Shown: positions 51,786 to 60,632 of the stretch, one piece after another
Layout: each line of letters begins with the position of its first letter
Position numbering within the stretch: position 1 is the stretch's first letter
NCBI GenBank assembly: GCA_023457255.1
Contig: JAEWMB010000036.1
Location: forward strand, 111,500 to 175,499
Direction: 5' to 3'
Source: Bacillota bacterium
Lineage (GTDB): Bacteria; Bacillota; Clostridia; Lachnospirales; Lachnospiraceae
DNA length: 64,000 nucleotides
The notes under the pieces: generated by a model
Told to the model about the DNA's origin: nothing
What the model saw: only the letters and a program-made list of their open reading frames with translations
Databases searched by the model: none
Position numbers and translations under genes: made by a program

Positions 51786-52570
51786 TGGCGAGAAAGAAAC
51801 GTGATGAGTCGGATAAGAAGAAAAAAGCAAATGGTACACTGGCAACCATACTTGTGGTTGTTGGTATTATGTTGATTTGGCTTCTTCTCTTAGGAGCATT
51901 GCTGCGTTTGGATGTTGGCGGCATCGGTACTTCATTGCGCCCGTCATTAAAAAATGTTCCAATTATGAGTTTGTTATTGCCGCCGGTTTCAGAAGAACAA
52001 CTGATATGGGAAGAAAATTATCCATATGAAAGTATTACAGATGCAGTTAACCGTATTAAAGAATTAGAGATTGAATTAGACACTGCAATACAATCTGGCA
52101 AGGCGAATATAGATAAAGTTGCTCAATTAGAAGCAGAAGTCGCCAGATTAAAAGTATTTGAAGAAAATGTGCTTGCATTTGAAGAACGGGTAAAAGCATT
52201 TGATAAGAATGTTGTATTTAATGACAAAGCTCCAAGTATTGATGAATATAGAAAATACTATGAAGAGATTAATCCAGCCACCGCAGAAGAAATTTATCGT
52301 TTGGTGTTGGAGCAATTACAATATGATGACAGCATTAAGGAAAAAGCGAAAATTATCAAGACAATGAAGCCGTCTCAGGCTGCTCAAGTGATTGAGGAGA
52401 TGACGGCGGATATCGAATGGACCGCAAAAGTACTACTCAGCATGAAATCAGATGAAAGTGCAGCAATTTTTGATAAGATGGATCAGTTATATGCTGCCAA
52501 AATATTTAAGAAGATGGCCGACATGGATGAAGATAAATTAAACAGCATAAAAGCAAGTTTGGCTAATTAG
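51785..52570 (+). CDS. MotE/YlxF-like flagellar protein (TM, coiled coil, MgtE_N-like)
   Basis: MKPSQAAQVIEEM and MKSDESAAIFDKMD repeats; position between fliJ and fliK. Confidence 0.8.
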   Translation: MARKKRDESDKKKKANGTLATILVVVGIMLIWLLLLGALLRLDVGGIGTSLRPSLKNVPIMSLLLPPVSEEQLIWEENYPYESITDAVNRIKELEIELDTAIQSGKANIDKVAQLEAEVARLKVFEENVLAFEERVKAFDKNVVFNDKAPSIDEYRKYYEEINPATAEEIYRLVLEQLQYDDSIKEKAKIIKTMKPSQAAQVIEEMTADIEWTAKVLLSMKSDESAAIFDKMDQLYAAKIFKKMADMDEDKLNSIKASLAN

Positions 52571-52681
52571 TCCGATATGTCTTAAGCTCTTTTGATAATT
52601 TATTTAGATGGTATGCAAAGCTTGATAAGCAGAGCTTGTTAAGTTTTACATAAATAACAATATGGGAAAGGAGGGATATGT

Positions 52682-54055
52682 GTGCAGATGCAATCGATTA
52701 GTAAGGGTGCAGTAGATACTGGAAATTTCCTAGCCATGGCTGCGTTTGAAAGTAAGACTGCAAATAATCCAAAGACATTGTCTTTTGATAAAATGTTACA
52801 AGAAAGTGCTGAAGTTAAATCACAATCGGATCAATCGGATACTTCCTATCATAGGACGAAAGGATTACCCAAAGTATCAAAGGATAATATTACGGCAGAT
52901 AATAGTAAGGAAGTACTAAAAAGTCCTGTAAAAAATGACAATAGTACTTCGGATACTAAGTCGGTATCCGGTGAAACAGAAAAACAGGATTTAAATAGTC
53001 AAGCGGAAAGTATTACAAAAGCAGTCGAAGAAATGAAAGAAACAATAGTAAGAACTCTTTCGATTACAGAAGAAGAATTGACAGAATTTATGAGTATCTT
53101 AGGACTTTCCATGTTAGATTTACTAAATCCGGAACGTTTAAAACAATTAACGCTTGCAAGTGCCGGTGCTGAAGATATTACTATTTTGTTAACGGATGAA
53201 ACTCTCAATCAAGCATTAAATCAGTTACTTCAGGCGCTTGATCAAATCATGGACCAATGTGGAATTGAACAAGAGAATATTTTAGCATTGCAAAGTATGG
53301 AACAAGATTTTGCTGCTCTTACGAGCCAGCCTCAGGAGGAATTAAGTACCGATGAGCCGGCGGATGTTGCTGGAAGTAGCCATCATAAAGTGCAGGAGCA
53401 AGTTCTTGATACGGAGGAAGAAAGTACTGTTGACTTTGAATTCTCTGCTGTGAAACAAAACGATACCAGTAATACGAATCAATCCACTGATACTCAGGAA
53501 AAGCATCAAACATCGGAGAAGCAAATAGCACCAGGTGAACAATTCTTAAATCAGTTAACACAGACAGTTACAACTACAAGAACAGATTTTACAAATACGT
53601 TAACAACAATAGAAGAAGTTCGTAATATTACAAATCAGATAGTGGAGCAGATTAAAGTGGTAATAAAACCATCACAGTCCACTATGGACATGATGTTAAA
53701 TCCGGAGCATCTGGGAAGAGTTCAGCTTAATATAAGTTCAAAAGAAGGAGTTTTAACAGCTTCTTTTATCACTCAGACGGAGGCCGCAAAGGAAGCAATT
53801 GAAAGTCAGATTCAAGTACTAAAAGAAAATCTTGAGGCACAGGGATTAAAGGTGGAAGAAATGGAAGTTACTGTAGCAAATTTTTCTTTTCATCAAAACA
53901 GTCAGATGGATGGACAACGTAGTAATGATGAGCAAGCAGGAGCAAAAGCCAATAAGGTTCTTCGGGTAGATGGTTTTGACGATGAACCGGCGGAAGAAGA
54001 GGAAGCAGGTAATCAAAATGTTTTGACCGGTTCAAATTTTGATACCTCAGCTTAG
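52682..54055 (+). CDS. fliK: Flagellar hook-length control protein FliK
   Basis: LNPEHLGRV C-terminal domain, low-complexity N-terminus. Confidence 0.92.
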   Translation: MQMQSISKGAVDTGNFLAMAAFESKTANNPKTLSFDKMLQESAEVKSQSDQSDTSYHRTKGLPKVSKDNITADNSKEVLKSPVKNDNSTSDTKSVSGETEKQDLNSQAESITKAVEEMKETIVRTLSITEEELTEFMSILGLSMLDLLNPERLKQLTLASAGAEDITILLTDETLNQALNQLLQALDQIMDQCGIEQENILALQSMEQDFAALTSQPQEELSTDEPADVAGSSHHKVQEQVLDTEEESTVDFEFSAVKQNDTSNTNQSTDTQEKHQTSEKQIAPGEQFLNQLTQTVTTTRTDFTNTLTTIEEVRNITNQIVEQIKVVIKPSQSTMDMMLNPEHLGRVQLNISSKEGVLTASFITQTEAAKEAIESQIQVLKENLEAQGLKVEEMEVTVANFSFHQNSQMDGQRSNDEQAGAKANKVLRVDGFDDEPAEEEEAGNQNVLTGSNFDTSA

Positions 54056-54076
54056 CTTTCGGGAAAGGAGGACAAT

Positions 54077-54916
54077 ATGGCAGAAATTATCGGCAGTGTC
54101 AAAGATGGTATTTTAGAGCAGGCAAGTAGTGCCATTACAACGACGAATAAAGCGAAAGTTGGGACTTCAGAACTTGGCAAAGATGCATTCCTGCAACTGT
54201 TAGTTTGTCAGATGCAGAATCAAGACCCTTTAAATCCAAGTACGGATACCGAATTTGTTTCTCAGTTAGCAACATTTTCTCAATTAGAGGAATTACAGAA
54301 CCTAACTGCTGCGACGGATAAATCACAAGCTTTTTCCTTAGTTGGAAAAGATGTTATTTTAACTACAACGGATAGCAATGGAAAAACAACTTATGTCAGC
54401 GGAACAGTTGACTTTGTAAATATGTCAAAGTTAAAAGCAAAGCTTTCTGTGAATGGCAATTTATATGATTTGGATCAGCTATATACTGTTGTTGATAATA
54501 ATTACATTATTGAGCAGGGCAGACCTAAGGTACCGGATAAGGTGAATTTTGAATTTGATGCAGATAAACCAAGTGATCTTACTTTTGAAGTAAATCTTGG
54601 CGAAGGTGAAACCGTAGCAAATCAAGTTGCTGTCATTATCAACAACCTTATTTTGGATTCAAAGTATGTAACACTGAATGGAAATAAGGTAACGATAAGT
54701 AAAGATATCTTATCTTCTTTACCAAACGGAGAATATAAGCCTGCGGTTGTATTTAATGATTCTTTATATACTACAATATCAGATCAGGTTCATATTAAAG
54801 TTGTGAATTCCGAAGTAACAAGTATGCCTTCTGGAGATGAGAATACAGAATCCGGAGAAAATAATGGCAGTGGTGAAAATGATAATTCGAATCCCACAGA
54901 AGACGCATTAGTTTAA
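54077..54916 (+). CDS. flgD: Flagellar hook capping protein FlgD with a C-terminal X2-like Ig domain
   Basis: LGKDAFLQLLVCQMQNQDPLNP and FVSQLATFSQLE motifs, plus ~130 extra C-terminal residues. Confidence 0.93.
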   Translation: MAEIIGSVKDGILEQASSAITTTNKAKVGTSELGKDAFLQLLVCQMQNQDPLNPSTDTEFVSQLATFSQLEELQNLTAATDKSQAFSLVGKDVILTTTDSNGKTTYVSGTVDFVNMSKLKAKLSVNGNLYDLDQLYTVVDNNYIIEQGRPKVPDKVNFEFDADKPSDLTFEVNLGEGETVANQVAVIINNLILDSKYVTLNGNKVTISKDILSSLPNGEYKPAVVFNDSLYTTISDQVHIKVVNSEVTSMPSGDENTESGENNGSGENDNSNPTEDALV

Positions 54917-54962
54917 GAGAAACAAAAGTTTGTTTTCACAATCGACAGGAGTAGTGATAAGT

Positions 54963-55358
54963 ATGAATCAAATAAATAAAAACTTTACCTCCATCGAACA
55001 GGCGGCAAGTAGGTATCTGCCTAATAATAAGCAAACGGCATCCTCTATCTTACCTAGTGGTAAGAGTTTTAGAGAAATCTTATTAGAGCAGCAGTCAATC
55101 ACAGGTGATACGGAACTTAAATTCTCAAAACATGCAAATGAGCGCCTATTAAGTAGAAAGATTGATTTAACAAGTTCTCAATTAGAACGGTTACAATCAG
55201 GAGCGAGAAGAGCAGGTGAGAAGGGAATCAAAGAGTCGTTAGTCATGGTGGACAATCTCGCATTTATCGTAAATATTAAAAATAATACCGTAGTAACTGC
55301 AGTGAATGATGGAGAGGATAGGGTATTTACAAACATTGACGGTGCAGTAATTATGTAA
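54963..55358 (+). CDS. TIGR02530-family flagellar operon protein
   Basis: LKFSKHANERL and NTVVTA...VFTNIDGAVI; located between flgD and flgE. Confidence 0.9.
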   Translation: MNQINKNFTSIEQAASRYLPNNKQTASSILPSGKSFREILLEQQSITGDTELKFSKHANERLLSRKIDLTSSQLERLQSGARRAGEKGIKESLVMVDNLAFIVNIKNNTVVTAVNDGEDRVFTNIDGAVIM

Positions 55359-55362
55359 AGAT

Positions 55363-55426
55363 GTGAATGAACGCTGGACCTTCGGGAAGCGAGGTTAGTG
55401 GATGGACAGAAGCTAATCACATTCAC
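55363..55426 (+). ncRNA. Candidate structured cis-RNA upstream of flgE
   Basis: GUGAAUG/CAUUCAC closing stem enclosing two hairpins, each with UGGAY...RGAAGC. Confidence 0.55.
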
Positions 55427-55447
55427 CAAGTAGGAGGTTTTTTTCTT

Positions 55448-56887
55448 ATGATGAGATCATTATATTCTGGTGTCTCCGGACTTAGAGTTCACCAGACCAA
55501 AATGGACGTAATTGGTAATAATATATCAAACGTTAACACAGTAGGCTTTAAAGCCAGCTCTGCAACATTCTCTGATATTTTATATCAGACAACTAAAAGT
55601 GCTTCCGGACCTAATCCAACCACAGGAACGGCTGGTACAAATGCGATGCAAATCGGTCTTGGTGCAAATCTTGCATCTATTACAACAAGCATTACAAAAA
55701 CCGGTGGTTCTCAAAGAACCGACAATCCTTTCGATTTGATGATTGAGGGAGACGGTTTCTTCGTCGTAAATAATGGAGTAGGTAACTTTTTTACCAAAGC
55801 AGGTTCTTTTAACGTAGATGCGGCAGGAACTTTATGTACTCCAACGGGTGCGACTGTAATGGGATGGCAGCCAAGCAGGGAGGACCCAAGCAGGACGGTA
55901 GCCGGTACAGTTTCTCCACTTCGTGTTATGTCACCGGAGAATCTTTATTCCGCACCGGAAGCTACCACAGATATCTATCTTCATGGAAACATTGACAGCA
56001 TGGATACAAACTTAACCTCATCTACAGGACGTATCGTGAACATGTCCTTCTTTGATAATTTAGGTAACAGCTATACTGCAGAACTTAAAATTAAGCAAAG
56101 TGAAGAAAGTACAAGTGATTATAAAGTTACGATACAAAATATTTACAATAAGAATGGTGATTCTATTTTTGTTAAGGAAGTGGTTGATCCGGACACCGGT
56201 GATATCACATATGAAGCTTCCAACATTACGGATTTTAGTTTTGGGAATGGGAGTGGTTCAGTTACCGTAAACGAGGATGGTACTTTAGAAGTAGAATGTG
56301 ATGAGATTGATCTTAAATTTAATGGTGCAAACGGTAATTTTGTTAGTGTTGGAGATGATGCTGACGACGCAACAAGCATTAAGTTTAAGATAAATGCAGA
56401 CCCGGATCCATTTAAAGAAGTCAATATTGATTTCTCTTCGATTACTATGTACAACAACAGTGGTACAACCACAGTTGAGTCTACAAAAGGAACAAAAGAT
56501 GATGGTTCCGGTGCAGGTAAGGCAGCCGGCAATATGTCAGGTATTTCTGTTGATCAACAGGGTATGATTTTTGGTACTTATGACAACGGTGACCGCAGAT
56601 TGCTTGGACAGGTTGTCGTTGCAACGTTTTCCAATCCAGCCGGTTTAGAGGCTATCGGAAATAATATGTTTGCAGCCACACCAAACTCCGGTGAATTTAA
56701 CGGTGTTGGTGAAGACATCACAGCATCGGGCGGAAAGTTTATAACAGGTGTACTTGAAATGTCAAATGTAGACCTTTCACAGCAATTTACGGAAATGATA
56801 ACTACACAAAGAGGTTTCCAGGCGAATTCAAGAATAATTACAACCTCAGATACCCTTCTTGAGGAATTGATTAATCTGAAGAGATAA
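55448..56887 (+). CDS. flgE: Flagellar hook protein FlgE
   Basis: MMRSLYSGVSGL...GNNISNVNTVGFK and LEMSNVDLSQQFTEMITTQRGFQANSR; AGGAGG RBS. Confidence 0.96.
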   Translation: MMRSLYSGVSGLRVHQTKMDVIGNNISNVNTVGFKASSATFSDILYQTTKSASGPNPTTGTAGTNAMQIGLGANLASITTSITKTGGSQRTDNPFDLMIEGDGFFVVNNGVGNFFTKAGSFNVDAAGTLCTPTGATVMGWQPSREDPSRTVAGTVSPLRVMSPENLYSAPEATTDIYLHGNIDSMDTNLTSSTGRIVNMSFFDNLGNSYTAELKIKQSEESTSDYKVTIQNIYNKNGDSIFVKEVVDPDTGDITYEASNITDFSFGNGSGSVTVNEDGTLEVECDEIDLKFNGANGNFVSVGDDADDATSIKFKINADPDPFKEVNIDFSSITMYNNSGTTTVESTKGTKDDGSGAGKAAGNMSGISVDQQGMIFGTYDNGDRRLLGQVVVATFSNPAGLEAIGNNMFAATPNSGEFNGVGEDITASGGKFITGVLEMSNVDLSQQFTEMITTQRGFQANSRIITTSDTLLEELINLKR

Positions 56888-57062
56888 GTGTAAAGAGAAT
56901 TTCTAAGGCGTTAACAGGTGCCGCCTAAAAGATTCTATAGCTTTACACAGAAGCTTGTGACTGCGTAATCCCCGCACAAACTTCTTATCTACCGAATGGA
57001 CCTGTTTAGGAGGATTCGTTTTACTTCCTGCGTCTGATGCAGCGGTTTTGGATGCAGGAAGT
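56888..57062 (+). ncRNA. Candidate structured intergenic RNA (four consecutive hairpins) after flgE
   Basis: Stems at 56888-56948, 56949-56985, 56993-57018 and 57023-57062. Confidence 0.5.
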
Positions 57063-57086
57063 TCTAATGAGGGAAGGGAGGATATC

Positions 57087-57293
57087 ATGATTAATCTCAC
57101 CAGATTAAATGATATATCATTTACATTAAATTGTGATTTAATAGAAATCATAGAGGAGGTTCCGGATACGGTAATTACCTTGGTGAATGGGAAAAAAATA
57201 TTCGTAAAAGAAAGTAGACAAAATGTTGTGAGTCTAGTAAAATTGTATAAAAAAGAAGTTTTATGTCAGACAATATCGGAAAATGATAAATAA
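57087..57293 (+). CDS. flbD: Flagellar FlbD/SwrD family protein
   Basis: MINLTRLN...LIEIIEEVPDTVITLVNGKK. Confidence 0.93.
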   Translation: MINLTRLNDISFTLNCDLIEIIEEVPDTVITLVNGKKIFVKESRQNVVSLVKLYKKEVLCQTISENDK

Positions 57294-57431
57294 TATCAAA
57301 AATAGGAATTTGAAAAAGAAGCACGAAAAGTGCTGAAGATATAAAATTTATATATGGAAATGATAGTACAAGATGCTAAAATTTCTGTAAAATAGAAAGA
57401 TTGAATATTTGACGATAGGTGGGTGGTTTTT

Positions 57432-58232
57432 TTGGATTTAGCATCCGTGGTTGGTTTAGTGCTGGCAATGATTCTTGTTATCTTTGGTATCACGATAAAG
57501 GATGGTTTCTCAGCGATTATGGGTTTCATAGACAGAGACTCAATCTTAATTACCTTTGGTGGTGCGTTTTTTACGGTATTAGCAATGAGCCCGAGTTTTT
57601 CTACATATTTGAATGGCTTGAAGAGTTTTGCTTTAATATTAAAGCCGCTTCCTTCGAATGAGAAGGAAACCATTGAAAGTATTATTACTTTATCTAATGT
57701 TGCTAGAAAAGAAGGATTATTAGCGCTCGAAGAGGCAGCAAATAGTATTGAAGACGAATTTATGAAAAAAGGAGTTCTTCTAATCGTAGATGGAACTGAT
57801 CCGGAATTAGTAAGAAGTATCTTAGAAACAGAACTTGGATGTATTGAAGAAAGGCATAAATCTACCATTGGTTTTTGGGAAAACCTTGGTGCCATGGGTC
57901 CTGCATGGGGAATGATTGGTACGTTGATTGGTCTGATTAACATGCTTGGTAAAATGGATGACGTTGCTTCCGTTGGACCTAATATGTCTATAGCATTAAT
58001 TACCACCTTGTATGGTTCTTTGCTTGCAAACTGGATCTGTGCACCGGTAGCAAATAAATTAAAGACGAACAATGCGAGTGAAATCATGATGAAGGAAGTT
58101 ATGGTGGAAGGCTTACTGTCAATTCAGGCAGGTGAGAACCCTCGGGTAATTGAAGAAAAATTAAAGTCCTTTCTGTCCCCTGCAAAACGTAATGAGTTAG
58201 CAGGACAAGAAGGTGGTGAATCAATTGGCTAG
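57432..58232 (+). CDS. motA: Flagellar stator protein MotA
   Basis: ARKEGLLALE, GPAWGMIGTLIGLI and ALITTLYG motifs; start may be 57423. Confidence 0.96.
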   Translation: MDLASVVGLVLAMILVIFGITIKDGFSAIMGFIDRDSILITFGGAFFTVLAMSPSFSTYLNGLKSFALILKPLPSNEKETIESIITLSNVARKEGLLALEEAANSIEDEFMKKGVLLIVDGTDPELVRSILETELGCIEERHKSTIGFWENLGAMGPAWGMIGTLIGLINMLGKMDDVASVGPNMSIALITTLYGSLLANWICAPVANKLKTNNASEIMMKEVMVEGLLSIQAGENPRVIEEKLKSFLSPAKRNELAGQEGGESIG

Positions 58233-59037
58233 AAAGAAATCGGAAGAAGCGCCAAAGGGAGCACCGGAGTGGATGACAACCTTCTCTGATTTAATGAATC
58301 TGCTTCTTTGTTTTTTCGTATTACTGTTTGCTTTCTCAAACGTAGATCAAGAAAAGTTTGAACAAGTAGCAGCTTCTTTCTCCAGTAGCTTTAGTATCTT
58401 TAGCGGAGGTCAATCTTCAATTGGAGATGGTCAATTGATTAATATGGGAGCTGCGCAGTTAACTGAGTTTGATGAGTATTTCACCAATATGGGGCAAACC
58501 ACAGAGAATACGGAAGGGGAAGAAATTGACGAGCTTAAACAGGTTTTAACGGAAGCCAATAAAGCTGAAACCGAAAAGATGTATGACAGTATCTCAGAGA
58601 TGAGTTCTCAGTACAATTTAGACAATTATCTGGACATTGAGACAGACCAAATGGGCGGTCAATATGTTTTGATAAATATCAGCGGTTCTTTACTTTATAA
58701 TTCTGGAAATGCAAAACTTAAGAGTGAGGCGCTCCCTGTCTTTTCTAAGGTTGGTGACATTCTAAAAAAATATAAAGGATACCGTATCTCAGTGATTGGA
58801 CATACCGATAATGTGCCGGTTACGTCTGGGATATACCGAAGTAACAAAGAATTGTCTGCTGCCAGGGCAATCAATGCAGCCGAATATTTGATTGAGGTCA
58901 AAGGGATTAATCCAGCCTACATTGAATGGATTGGCCGAGGTGAATATGATCCAATCGCGGACAATAGTAATGAAGCAGGAAGGTCCAAAAACAGACGTAT
59001 TGAGATTAGAATATATAATTCTCTAAATACAAATTAA
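58225..59037 (+). CDS. motB: Flagellar stator protein MotB
   Basis: WMTTFSDLMNLLLCFFVLL and an OmpA-like domain (GHTD, NRRIEI). Confidence 0.96.
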   Translation: MARKKSEEAPKGAPEWMTTFSDLMNLLLCFFVLLFAFSNVDQEKFEQVAASFSSSFSIFSGGQSSIGDGQLINMGAAQLTEFDEYFTNMGQTTENTEGEEIDELKQVLTEANKAETEKMYDSISEMSSQYNLDNYLDIETDQMGGQYVLINISGSLLYNSGNAKLKSEALPVFSKVGDILKKYKGYRISVIGHTDNVPVTSGIYRSNKELSAARAINAAEYLIEVKGINPAYIEWIGRGEYDPIADNSNEAGRSKNRRIEIRIYNSLNTN

Positions 59038-59094
59038 GTAAGCTTTTAAATTAATTAGGCAGACGAAAGAAATTTGAAAGGCAAGGTATTTCCT

Positions 59095-59616
59095 ATGAAA
59101 AAGAATATCTTAACGGTAATTATACTTGCTACTACATTAATTAATATGACATTAATGATAGTCATGCTGTTTGTATTTCTACCGAATGTAAAACAGACTA
59201 ACAATTTAATCACCAAGGTAGCACAAACTGTTGATCTGGAACTTGAGAATGTAGTTGTAAAGGAGGAGAAGGTTTCTATCTCCGATATCGATACTTATAA
59301 GCCTACTGATGTCACAGGTTTAACCGTTAATCTCAAGAAAGAGCAAGGAGCCGGCAAAACTTATTATGCTGTAATTAAATGGTCCTTAGTACTAAATAAG
59401 AATCATAAGGATTACAGTAAAATGAAACCGTTAGTGGAGGCAAATGAAAGCAGAATCAAAGAGGTGATTCGTACTGAAGTTGAGAAGTATACAGTTAGTA
59501 ACGTGCAGGAGAACAAAGAGAATATCAAGACCGATGTATTAAAGGTACTTCAAGATGATGTTTTTGGTTCTGATTTTATTATTAGTGTGACATTTGGTGA
59601 CTTCGTTACTGAATAG
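59095..59616 (+). CDS. fliL: Flagellar basal body-associated protein FliL
   Basis: N-terminal TM and TVNL motif; between motB and fliM. Confidence 0.88.
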   Translation: MKKNILTVIILATTLINMTLMIVMLFVFLPNVKQTNNLITKVAQTVDLELENVVVKEEKVSISDIDTYKPTDVTGLTVNLKKEQGAGKTYYAVIKWSLVLNKNHKDYSKMKPLVEANESRIKEVIRTEVEKYTVSNVQENKENIKTDVLKVLQDDVFGSDFIISVTFGDFVTE

Positions 59617-59647
59617 AACAGATTTCTTGAGGTTGGGAGGCTAAACG

Positions 59648-60625
59648 ATGGGAGATGTATTATCCCAAAGCGAAATAGACAATCTGTTGGCTGCACTTAG
59701 CAGTGGTGAACTTGATGCAGATGAATTCAAGGAGACGGGTGAGAAACAAATAAAGAATTATGATTTCCACCGCCCATCAAAGTTTTCGAAGGAACACCTA
59801 AGGACACTTGATATTATATTCGAACATTATGGCAGATTGTTGTCAACTCATCTGCCGGCGTATCTAAGAAAGAATGTACAAGTGGAGGTTATTAACTCTG
59901 AAGCTGTTGTGTATCAGGAATTTACCAATGCGCTGTCCAACCCTGTTTTGCTTGGTATCATAGATTTCTCTCCTCTGGAGGGAAATATTATAATTGAATT
60001 AGCAGAGAATGTTGGCTATGCTATAGTCGACCGTATGCTTGGAGGTAGTGGTAATCCACTTGAAAAATCCAGAGATTTTTCTGAAATTGAATTGGTTATT
60101 ATCGAGAGAATCTTTACGGTTATGACTAATATTTTGGCAGAACCTTGGGCGAATGTTGTGAGACTAAACCCAAGATTGATTCGTATCGAGACAAACTCGC
60201 AATTTGCTCAGATTATATCGCCAAGTGACATGGCCTCAATTGTAACCTTGAACATAAAAATAGGAAATATTGAGGGTATGATGAATGTTTGCCTTCCATA
60301 TGCTTGCTTGGAAGTAATTATTGATAAGTTGAATACGAAATATTGGTACTCTACGATGCAGGAAAAAGGAGATTCCAATTATCAGGAATTTATTGAAACT
60401 GCGATTGCGAAAGCTAGAATACCAGTGAAAGCAGTACTTGGTAAAAGCAGTATTTCGTTAAATGAGTTAATTCATATGCAAAAAGGCGACATTATTAAAC
60501 TGGATCGAAAGATTGACGATGAACTCAGTGTTTATGTGGGAAATATCAAAAAATTTACAGCGTTACCTGGTGCGTCATCAGATTCTTATGCAGTTAAAAT
60601 ATCAACTATAATAAGAGAGGAGTAG
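59648..60625 (+). CDS. fliM: Flagellar motor switch protein FliM
   Basis: LSQSEIDNLL and YDFHRPSKFSKE motifs. Confidence 0.97.
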   Translation: MGDVLSQSEIDNLLAALSSGELDADEFKETGEKQIKNYDFHRPSKFSKEHLRTLDIIFEHYGRLLSTHLPAYLRKNVQVEVINSEAVVYQEFTNALSNPVLLGIIDFSPLEGNIIIELAENVGYAIVDRMLGGSGNPLEKSRDFSEIELVIIERIFTVMTNILAEPWANVVRLNPRLIRIETNSQFAQIISPSDMASIVTLNIKIGNIEGMMNVCLPYACLEVIIDKLNTKYWYSTMQEKGDSNYQEFIETAIAKARIPVKAVLGKSSISLNELIHMQKGDIIKLDRKIDDELSVYVGNIKKFTALPGASSDSYAVKISTIIREE

Positions 60626-60632
60626 CAAATCG

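Noticed and set aside
57296..58087. 263-aa antisense ORF over motA, and other overlapping short ORFs in the track
   Set aside because: Shadow frames of well-supported genes, with no RBS or recognisable motifs
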